A stretch of 64,000 bases of DNA from Mantamonas sphyraenae STR306 (lineage: Eukaryota; Protista; CRuMs), in the NCBI GenBank assembly GCA_026936335.1, contig JAPMXV010000037.1, forward strand, positions 62,001 to 126,000, given 5' to 3'. Positions 14,506-25,433 of the stretch are shown here, piece after piece. A program made the translations under genes and the position numbers. Below the pieces are notes generated by a model. The model was given only the letters and a program-made list of their open reading frames with translations. It was not told the DNA's origin and ran no database searches. How positions within the stretch are numbered: the first letter of the stretch is position 1; the number at the start of each line of letters is the position of its first letter.

Positions 14506-15962
14506 CTACACCCTCGCCCATGTGTTCCTACGTGCACTCTTGCTCGACAACGCACTTTCTGGTTCTACCCACTTGCGGTCCATGGTGTCCCGTGTTAGTT
14601 GCAGCGTGTCCATCTCGAAGCCTGCATCCATCACCGCACCAGAGAGATCGGCAATCTGCGAATTGTCCAACGCCTTTTTGGATCCAAACTCAAACAGGGT
14701 GAGTTTAGGGTTGGTGCGAAGCACAGAGGCCAATGCACCGAGCCCTTCTCCGGTCAGATCGTTGTCCGACAAATCCACTGCCGTCATCCCCGGATGGCTC
14801 ATCAGTGACAACGCCAGCACGCTGCACACGTCCGAGTCGATCTCAGTTGCTGCCATCTTTAGCGACTGCAGCTGCTCCATCTTCTTCACCGCCCGCGCTA
14901 GCGCTGTGCCTCCTTCAACCCCGACCCCGTTTTCGCTCACATCCAGCTCAGTCAACGTGGTATTCTCCACCATGCTCTCTGCAAGGTCCAAAGCCCCCTG
15001 TTTGCCCAGCCGGTTGTTGCGCAGCTTCAGCACACGCAGCCCCACATTGCTGCGCAGCGACTGCGCAAGGTACGCTGCACCGACGTCCCCGACCTGGTTG
15101 TGCGACAGGTCAAGCTCCTGAAGGAACACGTTGAACAGAAGTGCATCACACAAAATGCCTGCTCCCATGTCCGATATCCGGTTGTTTGACAGTGTCACTC
15201 GTTGCAGCGCTGCAAAACCCCCCACGGTGTCAGCCAGTCCTCCTTTCCGCCTTACTCACACCATCTCCACGCCTCTTTCAAGCACATACTTTCGCTCTCG
15301 CTCATTGCCTTTGTCAACAGGTCACAGTGAGCGTCCGTCAATCCGCACTGCGTCAAACGCAGCTCTTCCACAGACTCGTTGTTTGGCAGCAGCTCCGTGA
15401 TGGCTGCCAGGCCGTTGAATGTCAGCTCCGTGTCGTCCAACCCAAGCTCCTTGCCCATGGCTTGGTTCAAACACTGTGTAACCTGCTCTTCTGGTTCCAC
15501 CTGGGACATGCAGGTGCGTCAGTTTGCCGTCCTCTCGCGTCCATTCCCTCTGTGTGCCCTGTGCGTCCTGTACCACCTCCTTACCCCGTATTGAAGACAC
15601 GTCGCGATGTACTGTTGTACGTCCATTGCACACAACAGAGTTTGGTACCAGTCGTTCACGTCACTGTAGTTGTAGCTGCCAACGTGGAACGTCACCTTGC
15701 TCCGCACCGCAAAGTTGTGCAACGGCCTGTCATCATTGCCCACAATACGTGGCTCCTCCCACTCCACCACACAGTCCCCCAGTGGCACCGTGCACTTCGA
15801 TGCCAGGTCCTTCCGCGCTTTGAAATACTTTAGAGCTCCGTCAGCCAGCCGCACGTACCGCTCGTGCCAATGCTTGCTCGTCGGTGCCAGAATCAGCAAC
15901 TCCGCCTCCTTCATTGTTTGCAATTCGTTGAACATCTCGTTGGAGGAAGCCTTTGAAGACAT
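14506..15962 (-). CDS. PH domain + RI-like leucine-rich repeat protein
   Basis: KHWHERYVRLADGALKYF...NDWYQTL PH domain, then LQELDLSHNQVGDVGA-type LRRs. At least 2 introns; 3' end uncertain. Confidence 0.8.
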
Positions 15963-16225
15963 TGTTGGCCGGCGTTGGCCTGGCGCGCGCGCTCCCGCTC
16001 CCGCTCATCCCCATCCATGCAAGGTGTGTTGTGGTTGAAAGCGTTGGTTGGTTTTAATGACCCCAGGGTTGTGTGTGTGTCTCTCTCTCTTCCTCTCCCT
16101 AGCTCGATGGTTCCAGCACAAACGGAGCGCACCCGCCCCGTTTGCTCGTCACTTCATCAAAACATCTCTTCCCTGAACTCCCAATCAGTGTGGCTTCGCC
16201 AGCAGACCTCGACTGATTACTCGTC

Positions 16226-18220
16226 TTAGTCCACCTCCTCCACCTGCGGGCCGTCGCTGCTGTTGCTGCTGCCGCCAGCTGCTCCGGCGTCGAAACCGCC
16301 AAAGCCGCCTGCGCCTCCAGCTCCACCAGCGCCAGGGAATCCACCGGCTCCGCCCTGCTGACCAGCGTACAGCTTGCTCATGATGGGCATTGCCTTCTCC
16401 TCCAGCTCCTTCTGCTGGTACTCGTACTCCTCCTTCGTCGCCGTCTGGTTGTTCTCCAGCCACTCGATCGTCTCCTTGATCACACCGTCCAGCGTGTTCA
16501 CGTCGGCCTCCTCCAGCTTCTCCTTCACCTGCGGCTCCTGCAGCGAGTTGCGCAGGCCGTACGCGTAGCTCTCCAGCCCGTTGCGTGCTGCCACCGTGTT
16601 GCGCACCTCCTCGTCCTCTGCCTTGCGCTCCTCGGCCTCCTTCACCATGCGCTCGATGTCCTCGTCGCTCAGGCGGTCGCGGTTGTTCTCGATCTTGATG
16701 TTCTGGCTCTTGCCCGTGCTCTTCTCCGAAGCCGTCACGTGCATGATACCGTTTGCATCCACCTCGAACGTCACCTCAATCTGAGGCTGTCCGCGCGGCA
16801 TCGGCGGGATGCCCGTCAGGTCAAACTTGCCCAGCAGGTTGTTGTCTGCCGTGCGTGCGCGCTCACCCTCGTAGATCTGGATGCTCACCGCAGGCTGGTT
16901 GTCCTGTGCTGTGCTGAACGTCTGCGACTTCTTGCACGGCACCTGCGTGTTGCGGTCAATGATGTTTGCCATCATGCCACCCATCGTCTCGATACCAAGC
17001 GACAGCGGAGTCACGTCCACCAGCAGCACCTGCGACAGGTCCTCGCCGCCCTGGTCCGTCAGCACGGCTGCCTGCACAGCTGCGCCGTACGCCACAGCCT
17101 CGTCCGGGTTGATGCCCTTGTGCAGCTCCTTGCCGTTGAAAAACTCGCTCAGCAGGGACTGGATCTTCGGGATACGCGTAGATCCACCCACAAGCACAAC
17201 CTCGTCCACGCTGCGCTTGTCCAGCTTGGCGTCCTTCAGCACGCGAGCAACCGGGTCCAGGCACGAGCGGAACAGGTCCGAGCACAGCTCCTCGAAGCGT
17301 GCGCGCGACAGGCTCGTGTAAAAGTCGATGCCGTCGTACAGGGCGTCCACCTCGATCTGTGTCGTCGTGGCAGACGACAGAGCGCGCTTGGCGCTCTCAG
17401 CTGCCGTGCGCAGACGGCGCAGCGAGCGTGCGCTCTCCGTCAGGTCCGCCCCACGGTTCTTGCGCTTAAACTCCTTCACCAGGTGGTCCACCACGCGGTT
17501 GTCAAAGTCCTCACCACCCAGATGCGTGTCGCCTGCCGTGGCCTTCACCTCAAAGAAGCCCTCGTCCACGCTCAGCAGAGACACATCAAACGTACCTCCT
17601 CCCAGATCAAAGATGAGGATGTTCTTCTCTCCCTCGTTGTTGTCCATCTTGTCCAGACCGTATGCCAGCGCAGCTGCCGTCGGCTCGTTGATGATGCGCA
17701 GCACGTTCAGCCCAGCGATGCGTGCCGCATCCTTTGTAGCCAGACGCTGGGCGTCGTTGAAGTACGCCGGCACAGTGATCACTGCGTCCTTCACGTCTCC
17801 GCCCAGGTACTCCTCTGCGTCGCTCTTGAGCTTGCCCAGCACCATCGACGAAATCTCCTCCGCCTGGTACTCCTTCTTCTGTCCGTGCGACTCCACCTCG
17901 ATCAGAGGCTTGCCGTCGCTGTTTGCCTTGACCTTGAACGGCCAGTGCTGCAGATCGCCCTGCACCGTCTCGTCCTGGAACTTGCGTCCAATCAGACGCT
18001 TGGCGTCGAAAACGGTGTTGTGCGGGTTGCGTGCAATTTGGTTCTTTGCTGCCATGCCCACAAGCGTCTCACCGTCCGTGAACGCCACGTACGAAGGTGT
18101 CGTACGCTGACCCAGGTTGTTCGGCACAATCTCCACCTTTCCGTTGCGCCACACACCCACGCACGAGTTGGTCGTGCCCAGATCAATGCCAATTGCAAGT
18201 CCGCTTCCAGTGCTGCTCAT
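16226..18220 (-). CDS. HSP70: Cytosolic heat shock protein 70, intronless
   Basis: [19 protein letters not shown] and [10 protein letters not shown] motifs; C-terminal GPQVEEVD. Confidence 0.98.
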   Translation of the reverse strand: MSSTGSGLAIGIDLGTTNSCVGVWRNGKVEIVPNNLGQRTTPSYVAFTDGETLVGMAAKNQIARNPHNTVFDAKRLIGRKFQDETVQGDLQHWPFKVKANSDGKPLIEVESHGQKKEYQAEEISSMVLGKLKSDAEEYLGGDVKDAVITVPAYFNDAQRLATKDAARIAGLNVLRIINEPTAAALAYGLDKMDNNEGEKNILIFDLGGGTFDVSLLSVDEGFFEVKATAGDTHLGGEDFDNRVVDHLVKEFKRKNRGADLTESARSLRRLRTAAESAKRALSSATTTQIEVDALYDGIDFYTSLSRARFEELCSDLFRSCLDPVARVLKDAKLDKRSVDEVVLVGGSTRIPKIQSLLSEFFNGKELHKGINPDEAVAYGAAVQAAVLTDQGGEDLSQVLLVDVTPLSLGIETMGGMMANIIDRNTQVPCKKSQTFSTAQDNQPAVSIQIYEGERARTADNNLLGKFDLTGIPPMPRGQPQIEVTFEVDANGIMHVTASEKSTGKSQNIKIENNRDRLSDEDIERMVKEAEERKAEDEEVRNTVAARNGLESYAYGLRNSLQEPQVKEKLEEADVNTLDGVIKETIEWLENNQTATKEEYEYQQKELEEKAMPIMSKLYAGQQGGAGGFPGAGGAGGAGGFGGFDAGAAGGSSNSSDGPQVEEVD

Positions 18221-18410
18221 TTTCTTGTGTGTTCCTGACTGCTTTTTCTCTGTGTATAGCGATGATGTGTTGGTATGATGTCTCTGTAACTCTCTCTCGC
18301 TCTCTGTAGTCCTGTCTCGCTTGGACTTGATTTCCTCTCACTCACAGAAGTTGGGTTGGTCGTCTTGGTGCATCCGCGGTCCGCGCTTTTTGTACCCTGC
18401 GCTTCCACCC

Positions 18411-18436
18411 AAACTTTCCGCGAAGCGAACATTCGC
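18411..18436. promoter_or_regulatory. Putative heat-shock element upstream of HSP70
   Basis: TTCcgcGAAgcGAAcaTTC cluster of nGAAn units about 200 nt upstream of the ATG; imperfect spacing. Confidence 0.35.
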
Positions 18437-18835
18437 GACGCCGGATTCCGCCCGTCCACACACATGTAGCCCCTTGTGTCGATGCACATGCACCTCACAC
18501 CACTCTCTGTCCCCTGTCCACCCCTGTGTACTTCTCCCATTCCTGTGCGTGCCCCATGTCGTCTCCAATCTTCCAAAATCCAACATCCGGAAACTGCCTT
18601 CAGCGAAAAAAAAGTTCCGTTTTGCATTCGTCAAATTCGCCACGCCCCCATCTGGCCTCCATCCACACCATCGCCCTCCCCACATCCCCTACCACCCTTC
18701 CACCACCCTTCCACCACGCTCATCCCGCCCGTGTCAAACGGCAGGACACGTGCAATCGCATCGCCCCCATCCACCCCCCATCCACACTCTCTACCACATC
18801 CTCATATCCCCCCACACTCCTCTTCCTTCCCCTTG

Positions 18836-19688
18836 CTACTCCTCCACCTTCACTTCCATGTCCTCCACCTCGGGCTTCGGCGCCGCCGCAATGTCCCGCG
18901 CCCGGCTCACCTCGGCCCCAGCCTTGCTCGCCTTCTCCTGCACCATCGCCTCCCGTGCCTCCTGTGCGTTTGCCATCCTCGTCTCCAGAGACACCCTTCG
19001 GTTCTCCGCCTCCTCGTCCTGTGCATTCTTTGCCGCCTCCGCCTTCGCCTTGGCCGTCTCCACCTCCTGGCTTGCTTTGCTCTGCTTTGCCGCCAGCTGG
19101 GCGTTCCTGTTCTCCTCAGCCATCGCCAGACGCTCATCCAGTGCCTCTCGGTTCTCCTTGGCCCACTCCTCCACTCCTTCCTTCTGCTGCTTCGCCTTTG
19201 CAATCGAACGCTCCACCTCTGCCCCTGCCTTGGCTGCCCGCTCGTTCTGCAGAGACTGTCCTCACAACCGTCCATCCCGCATCCCATGTGTCCCATACGT
19301 GTGTCCCCATGGCCCATCACCGCCCACACCGTCCCAATCCGTGTCAGTTTCTCATCCCGTCCCGTCCCTTTCTCCTGTCCCGCCCTTTCCTGACATGGCC
19401 ACACGTCAACCAAAAATGGCGCCAAACAACTCTCTGACCACTCTCTGTCTCCCGCCACCACACCCCTCCCCTCTTCTGTCTCCCCACCCCTTCCCCACCT
19501 ACCTCCCTGCGTGCTGCTGCTGCTGCCAGCTTTGCCTCGATTTCCTCCTCGCTTGACGGCGGGCTTCGCTGTTGCGACTCCAGCCGCTCCTTCACGGGGC
19601 TCACAAACTCGCTTGCGTCCCCTTCCTTGAACAGCTCGTCAAACACGATGCAGCTGCCCTTCTCCGTCTCTGTTACTTCCACCTTCAT
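18836..19688 (-). CDS. STMN: Stathmin-family protein with three tubulin-binding repeats, 2 exons
   Basis: MKVEV..KG...FDELF cap, SP sites, EEIEAKLAAAAARRES and RLAMAEENRNAQLAA. Helical repeats exactly 51 aa apart. Intron about 19256-19502. Confidence 0.8.
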
Positions 19689-20134
19689 GTTGTTGTTCTC
19701 TGTGCTCACTGTCCCCACCCCAGTCTCCCGTGTCAGCCTCCTCTCCTTGTACACGCCCCCACGGATTTTGCGTTGCGGTGGCCATTTTTCCGCCTCAGCC
19801 GTTTCTTGTCCATTTTTTCTCCGCCCCTCCTCCACTCTTCTCCCACTGCACACGTCGACATGCACCATCACCACACCACAGCACACATGGTCATTCCTCG
19901 CGTGCGCTACCGTGCTGCTACCCATGCAATCTTCATCGGCCATCGACCACCAAACTCACCCGACATGGTTGCTCTTTCTTTCTTCTTGTCTTGGTCTGCT
20001 GTGCGCACCACTATCACGCCGGTTTTCCTCGACCCTTTCCTCCCAAATGTTGGCTTGTTGCTTGTGAGTGCATCTCACACCCAGGTTTGAATCAACACCA
20101 TCACGCAATTGCGCCACCGCCAGCACGGCAAATC

Positions 20135-22108
20135 ATGGAGCGCGAGAAGCTGCAGGCGCTTGTGCGCGACATGATGGACAAGCAGATGTATGAAGGGGCA
20201 ATCTTTTACGCCACCAAGCTGAAGAGTTGTGCTGGGGCTGACGAATTTGACATGTATCTGCTGGGAAAGGCATTCGCTGCCGCGGGGCAGCACCAGCGCT
20301 GCATTGATCTCATTGAACGCAATGAGCTCGTGGAGAAGCACAGGCAGTTTCGGTTTTTGTATGTCCAGTGTCTCATGACCGCCTGTGATTGGGACAAGTG
20401 CTTGGCGCTGCTGGACATTGAGGACATCATCAACGAAGGCAGCCATGAGCAATCCGGCTCCTCGAACAGCTCCCCGTTTGCCATGGACAAGGGCACATCC
20501 ACAGGCATGGGCACCATCTCAATCGAAGCCGCTTTGTGCTTCCAGCGGGCCCAGGTTCACCAGAAGCTGGAGAACCGCCAACTCGCCGCCACTTACTATT
20601 GTGCTGCTCTGCGTTACGACGTCTACTGCTACGAGGTATGCTGTGTAGTCTTTGTTTCGTGCGTCGTTGCTCCCGCTGACACCTCTGAGTGCCTGCCCAC
20701 CCACAGGCCTTTGACAAGCTGTGCAAGTACCATCTTCTGACGGCGGATCAAGGTTGGCGCCAAATTCACCCTTCCGCCCCGTGCCTGCCCCCGTGCACTG
20801 TGTGCACCCACTCACTCCTCTTCGGTCGCCCTACACAGAACGTGAATTATTGGAGGACCTTGATTTCGAGGACCAGGATGAGTGGTTGCAGCTGATGTAC
20901 CGCAACTCGTTGAGCAAGGTGAGGCAAACACAGCCTTCTCAGCACGCCTACCTGTCGCTGACACTGTTGGGACCTGACCCCCCCTTGCCGATGACATTGT
21001 TTTCATCCACCTGTGGCACAGCACGACCAAAACAGGGACACCAGCAAGGAGCTGCAGGTGCTGGAGAGCAAGTACGCTCTGGCCAAAGATCCGCACGTGT
21101 TGCTCTCCCGTGCAGAGGCTGCGTTCTACAAGAACGACTTTCAACAATGCTACGACATCACACAGGGGTAAGACACGAACCAGGGGCGTGGTGTGAGCAG
21201 CCATGTGCCAAACGCATCAACTCACGCTCCCCGATACGTGCTCGCGCAGGATGTTGGACGAGGACCCGTTCCAGCGTGAGGGCATGACATTGCACATTTC
21301 GTCACTGGTGGAGCTGAAAATGGACGTGCAGCTATTCTATGTGGCGCACCGGCTGGTGGACGAGTACCCCAACGAGCCGGTGTCGTGGTACGGCGTGGGC
21401 TGCTACTACTTCCTGGTGGGCAACTTTGACCAGTCGCGGCAGTACTTCAGCAAGGCCACGTCGTTGGACAGCGACTATGCACCGGCGTGGATTGGATTTG
21501 GTCACACGTTTGCGGCAAAGGACGAGTCGGACCAGGCCATGGCTGCCTACCGTACGGCGCTGCGTCTGTTTCCCGGATGTCACCTGCCTGCGTTGTGCAT
21601 GGGCATGGAGAGTGTGCGCAACAACAACGTCTCCATGGGCTCGAAACTGTTTGCACAGGCGGCCGAAGCCTGTCCGGACGACCCCATGGTTTACAACGAG
21701 TTGGGCGTGTTGTGCTACGCCAACCGCGAATACGAAGAGGCCCAGGAATACTTCCAGCGCGCCATCGACAAGAGCAACAACAAGAACAGTGACAATCTCG
21801 AGTGCACATACGTGAACCTTGCCCACTGTTTGCGCAAACAGTGCAAGTGGGACGAGGCAATCCGTTGCTACCAGGTCTCCCTGAGCATGTCAGCCAGTGC
21901 AAGCACGTACACTGCGCTGGCCTTCACCTACCAGCTCAAGGGCGACATCGACCTCGCCCTCGAGTTCTTCCACAAGGCGCTTGGGCTCAACCCCGAAGAC
22001 ACGTTTGCCAGCGACATGTTGGCCCAGTGTCTGGGCGAGGCCTTTGGCGAGTACGGCAGCCAGCTTCAGTTGTTTTCGGATGGAGAAGCACAGGGGGACA
22101 GTGGGTGA
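20135..22108 (+). CDS. CDC16: APC/C subunit 6 (TPR protein), 5 exons
   Basis: LFYVAHRLVDEYP..VSWYGVGCYY, YFSKAT, WIGFGHTFA..ESDQAMAAYRTA.RLFPGCHLP and DPMVYNELG. Four GT-AG introns keep frame. Confidence 0.95.
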
Positions 22109-22165
22109 TTGGGTGATTGAGGAGCCCAATGGAGACATGTTGTTTTCGCGAACCTCGCCAAACCA

Positions 22166-23917
22166 ATGTCGCTGCGCTCACGCGTCGCATGGAGCAGTCC
22201 AGGCAAATCCAACAGCTCCATCGGGGCGCAGGCTGCATCGCGTACGCCAGAGCAACATATATCCAGTGATCTGAGTGTGGTGGGCAGCACGGTGGGTGGC
22301 AAAGCGTCGGCGTCAGCCAAGGCGAAACGCAGCAAGAAACGGCGAACGAAAAGCAAGAAGAAGAAGAGCGGGAAGCAGACAGAGGAAGCGGATTCGCAGG
22401 CGCAACGACGCAAGGGGGCCAAGGGAAAGGGCATACAGGGCAAAGGCAATGGGGAGAAGAAAAAGAGGCGGACAAAGAAAAGGGTGGAAACGGTCGTGCC
22501 ACTGGGCCTGTTGGACATGCCCACCGAGGTGCTGCAGCTCATCACAAGCTTCCTCAATCCATACGTACTTATGCAGTTGGCATGCACGTGCCGTGCCATG
22601 GCCACTCTGGTTGCAGACGACCACCTGTGGGTAGGGCTGTACCAACGCGTGTTTGCCGCGCGAGATGAGTACAATCGGAGCGAGGAAGAGGCCGTGGACA
22701 GTGGTTGGGCCGAAAAAGACGGATGGCAGGTGTTTGGGTGTAATATGGACAGCGAGCAGCAGTCGTGGCGGACTGTGTTTCGCAGCCGGCAGGCTCACCA
22801 ACGCAGGGTGCTGGCCGACGGTCTGATCACAGGTTCGCACACAAAAGTGCACTTGCGTGGCCACCGGGCCGCTGTGAAATGCATCGCAAGCGACAATGTG
22901 CACACTGTGTCTGGGGATGCTGACGGGACAGTGTGTCTGTGGCGACGCGACACCGGGCAACTGCTGGACCACATGCAGCTCAAGCAGGAGGCCACCGACG
23001 TGGATGTGGATGCCTGGAAGCTTTTGTGTGTACAGGGGCCACACATGAACCTCCACGATCTGGAGTACGGCAAGGTGAGCGTGTCTCTGGCAGCCCCGAA
23101 CCAGGACGAGGACGTGTTCACGCGTTGTTGCCTGATGGATCAACTGCAGCGAGCTCACGGCCAAATGACGAGCCGACTGACCACGCTGAGTTTCTTTGAC
23201 GGAGGCATGGTCAACCACACGGCGTATGCGTCATGTGCGTGTCTGGGCACAGCCGCTGGATGGGTCCATCTCGTCGATCTGCGCTCAGGCGAGTTTGTAA
23301 ATTCATTGGAGCAGAACAAGCAGTCACGGCCTGTGTTGCATGTAAAGTATGCGGCACACACAGACATTGGGCCGTTGCTGCACGTTGGTAGCTCAGTCGG
23401 CGCCTCGATGTTCCGTGGTTCCACCCTATCCTGTCTCGTCGATCTGGCCTTCCGCCAGTCACCACAAAACACAAACGGCAAACCCATCTCTGTGCTGGCT
23501 CTTCATGGCACCACGTATGCGTTTGCCGAGGAAAGCAACAAGATCGAAGTGGGGGACACCGACAGCCACGCAACCCTCACCGGTCACCTGGCACAGGTCA
23601 CCGCCATGGACATGGCCAGCACTCGCTCGGGCGCAGCCATCCTGCTCACAGGCAGCCAGGACCGAACGATGCGTCTTTGGGACGTCCAGGGCCACCGGTG
23701 TCTACAAATCTTTGGCCACCACCGTTCTGCAGTCACCAGTGTCCACATCAGCGGCGACAGCATGTATGCAGGCACCAAAGACGGCCTATTGGTCCAGTGG
23801 CAGATGCATCGTGTGTTGAACCGCCCCTCTCGGAGCGCTTGGTCGGCGGGAGCCTCGTCGTCGTCGTCGGCGTCTTCCTCCTCCTCGATCCAAGCAAACA
23901 CCTGGCTCACGAGGTAG
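22166..23917 (+). CDS. F-box/WD40 repeat protein with basic N-terminus
   Basis: F-box LLDMPTEVLQLITSFL..LACTCR; WD repeats LRGHRAAV and LTGSQDRTMRLWD. Confidence 0.88.
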   Translation: MSLRSRVAWSSPGKSNSSIGAQAASRTPEQHISSDLSVVGSTVGGKASASAKAKRSKKRRTKSKKKKSGKQTEEADSQAQRRKGAKGKGIQGKGNGEKKKRRTKKRVETVVPLGLLDMPTEVLQLITSFLNPYVLMQLACTCRAMATLVADDHLWVGLYQRVFAARDEYNRSEEEAVDSGWAEKDGWQVFGCNMDSEQQSWRTVFRSRQAHQRRVLADGLITGSHTKVHLRGHRAAVKCIASDNVHTVSGDADGTVCLWRRDTGQLLDHMQLKQEATDVDVDAWKLLCVQGPHMNLHDLEYGKVSVSLAAPNQDEDVFTRCCLMDQLQRAHGQMTSRLTTLSFFDGGMVNHTAYASCACLGTAAGWVHLVDLRSGEFVNSLEQNKQSRPVLHVKYAAHTDIGPLLHVGSSVGASMFRGSTLSCLVDLAFRQSPQNTNGKPISVLALHGTTYAFAEESNKIEVGDTDSHATLTGHLAQVTAMDMASTRSGAAILLTGSQDRTMRLWDVQGHRCLQIFGHHRSAVTSVHISGDSMYAGTKDGLLVQWQMHRVLNRPSRSAWSAGASSSSSASSSSSIQANTWLTR

Positions 23918-23978
23918 CACATCCAACACACCAAACGTATTCTTTGCTCATTCATCGTTCATTGCAAAAAAAGAGTCG

Positions 23979-25371
23979 TCACGTGCGAAACAAGGCGCTG
24001 AGGCTTTGCTCTTGGTGGACACGCAGGATTGCCTTTGCAATGAGTTCGGCCACACTGATCACGTGCAGCTTGTCGCACTCCTCCACGTTCTTGGACTGTG
24101 GGATGGAGTCAGTGACAGTGACCCAGGACAGTGCCTCACTTGCGTTGAGACGTTCCATGGCCGGGCCCGAAAACACACCGTGTGTGGCACAGGCACCCAC
24201 ACTCTTGGCACCACGCTCCTGCAGCAGCTCGGCTGCTTTGCACAGAGTGCCTGCGGTGTCGATCATGTCGTCACAGATGATGCAGTGCATGTCCTGCACG
24301 TCGCCAACAATCTGCATCGACTCCACCTGGTTCTTCTCCACACGGCGCTTCAGGATGGTCACCACAGAATGGGCGCCCAGCTTGTCGGCCACACGGCGAG
24401 CACGAGCCACGCCGCCCGCGTCGGGCGACACAATCACCAGCTCGTCCTTGGCAATCTCCCGTTCTTCCAGGAGCTTCTCCAGGTACGTGACAAACTCCAG
24501 CTCGGCAAACAGATTGTCCACGGGTGTGTTGTGGAAAAACCCTTGAATTTGGCCGCAGTGCAGGTCCAATGTGATCACCCTGTCCGGGCCCATGCACGTG
24601 ATCAGCTGCGCCACAGCCGACGCGGAGATTGGCACCCGCGGCTTGGTCTTCCGGTCCTGCCTTGCGTACGCGTAGTGCGGAATCACAGCCGTGATGCGCT
24701 TGGCCGACGAGAGGCGCAACTAGATGTGATTGTGTGTGTGTGTATGTGTGTGCGTGTGTGAGTGCGCGTCCAAGTGCCGGACATGTCAGCCCTCTCTCAC
24801 ATTTCGCCCCACCCACGGTCTTGTACGGCCTCCCCTCGCTCTGGACACCCACACGAACACGCAAAAACACGCCGTCTTTGTCTGAGCTCGTACACACCGC
24901 ACGTGCGATGCAAAAACATGCCTACAGCTCTCTGATGCAAAGGGCAGAGCGTTCCTCGGCGTGCCAACTTACCGTGTGAATCAGCAGAAGAAGCTCCATG
25001 ACCTTTGTGTTGATGTCTGGTCCACACAGGCTCTGAATCACAAAGATGTCGCCGCCACGGATGTTGTTTTCGATCTGAATCTGGATTTCTCCGTTTGCAA
25101 ACTGGTCCACGATGGCATCCTCCACCTGGATGTCCAGCGATTGTGCAATCTCTTTGGCCAAGGGCAGGTTGCCGTTGCCACTCACAATTCGCACCTCGTA
25201 GTTGCTCATGTACGAGAGCGAGGAAGCGGACTGCAACGCCGTTTCCAGCAGCTCCTTTTCAGCCCCGTAGGTGGTCTTCAGCTCGCTGAGCGTCTCCACA
25301 GACTCCAGATCGTTTTCAGCCTGGACGGTTGCCTGTTCTTTGTTGGCGGTGGTGTTGACGGTGGTGGACAT
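23979..25371 (-). CDS. PRPS: Ribose-phosphate pyrophosphokinase, 2 exons
   Basis: FANGEIQIQI, YAYARQDRK, VSPDAGGV and DDMIDTAGT. Intron about 24721-24972. Confidence 0.96.
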
Positions 25372-25433
25372 TCGCAGTGTGGGGTGGTTGCGACGGGGCT
25401 GGCATCGCAAACCCCACACGTCCCCATCTCGCA

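Noticed and set aside
19410-19795. AAAATGGCG / GCCATTTT YY1-like motifs near stathmin
   Set aside because: Short motifs with few occurrences, not distinguishable from chance.
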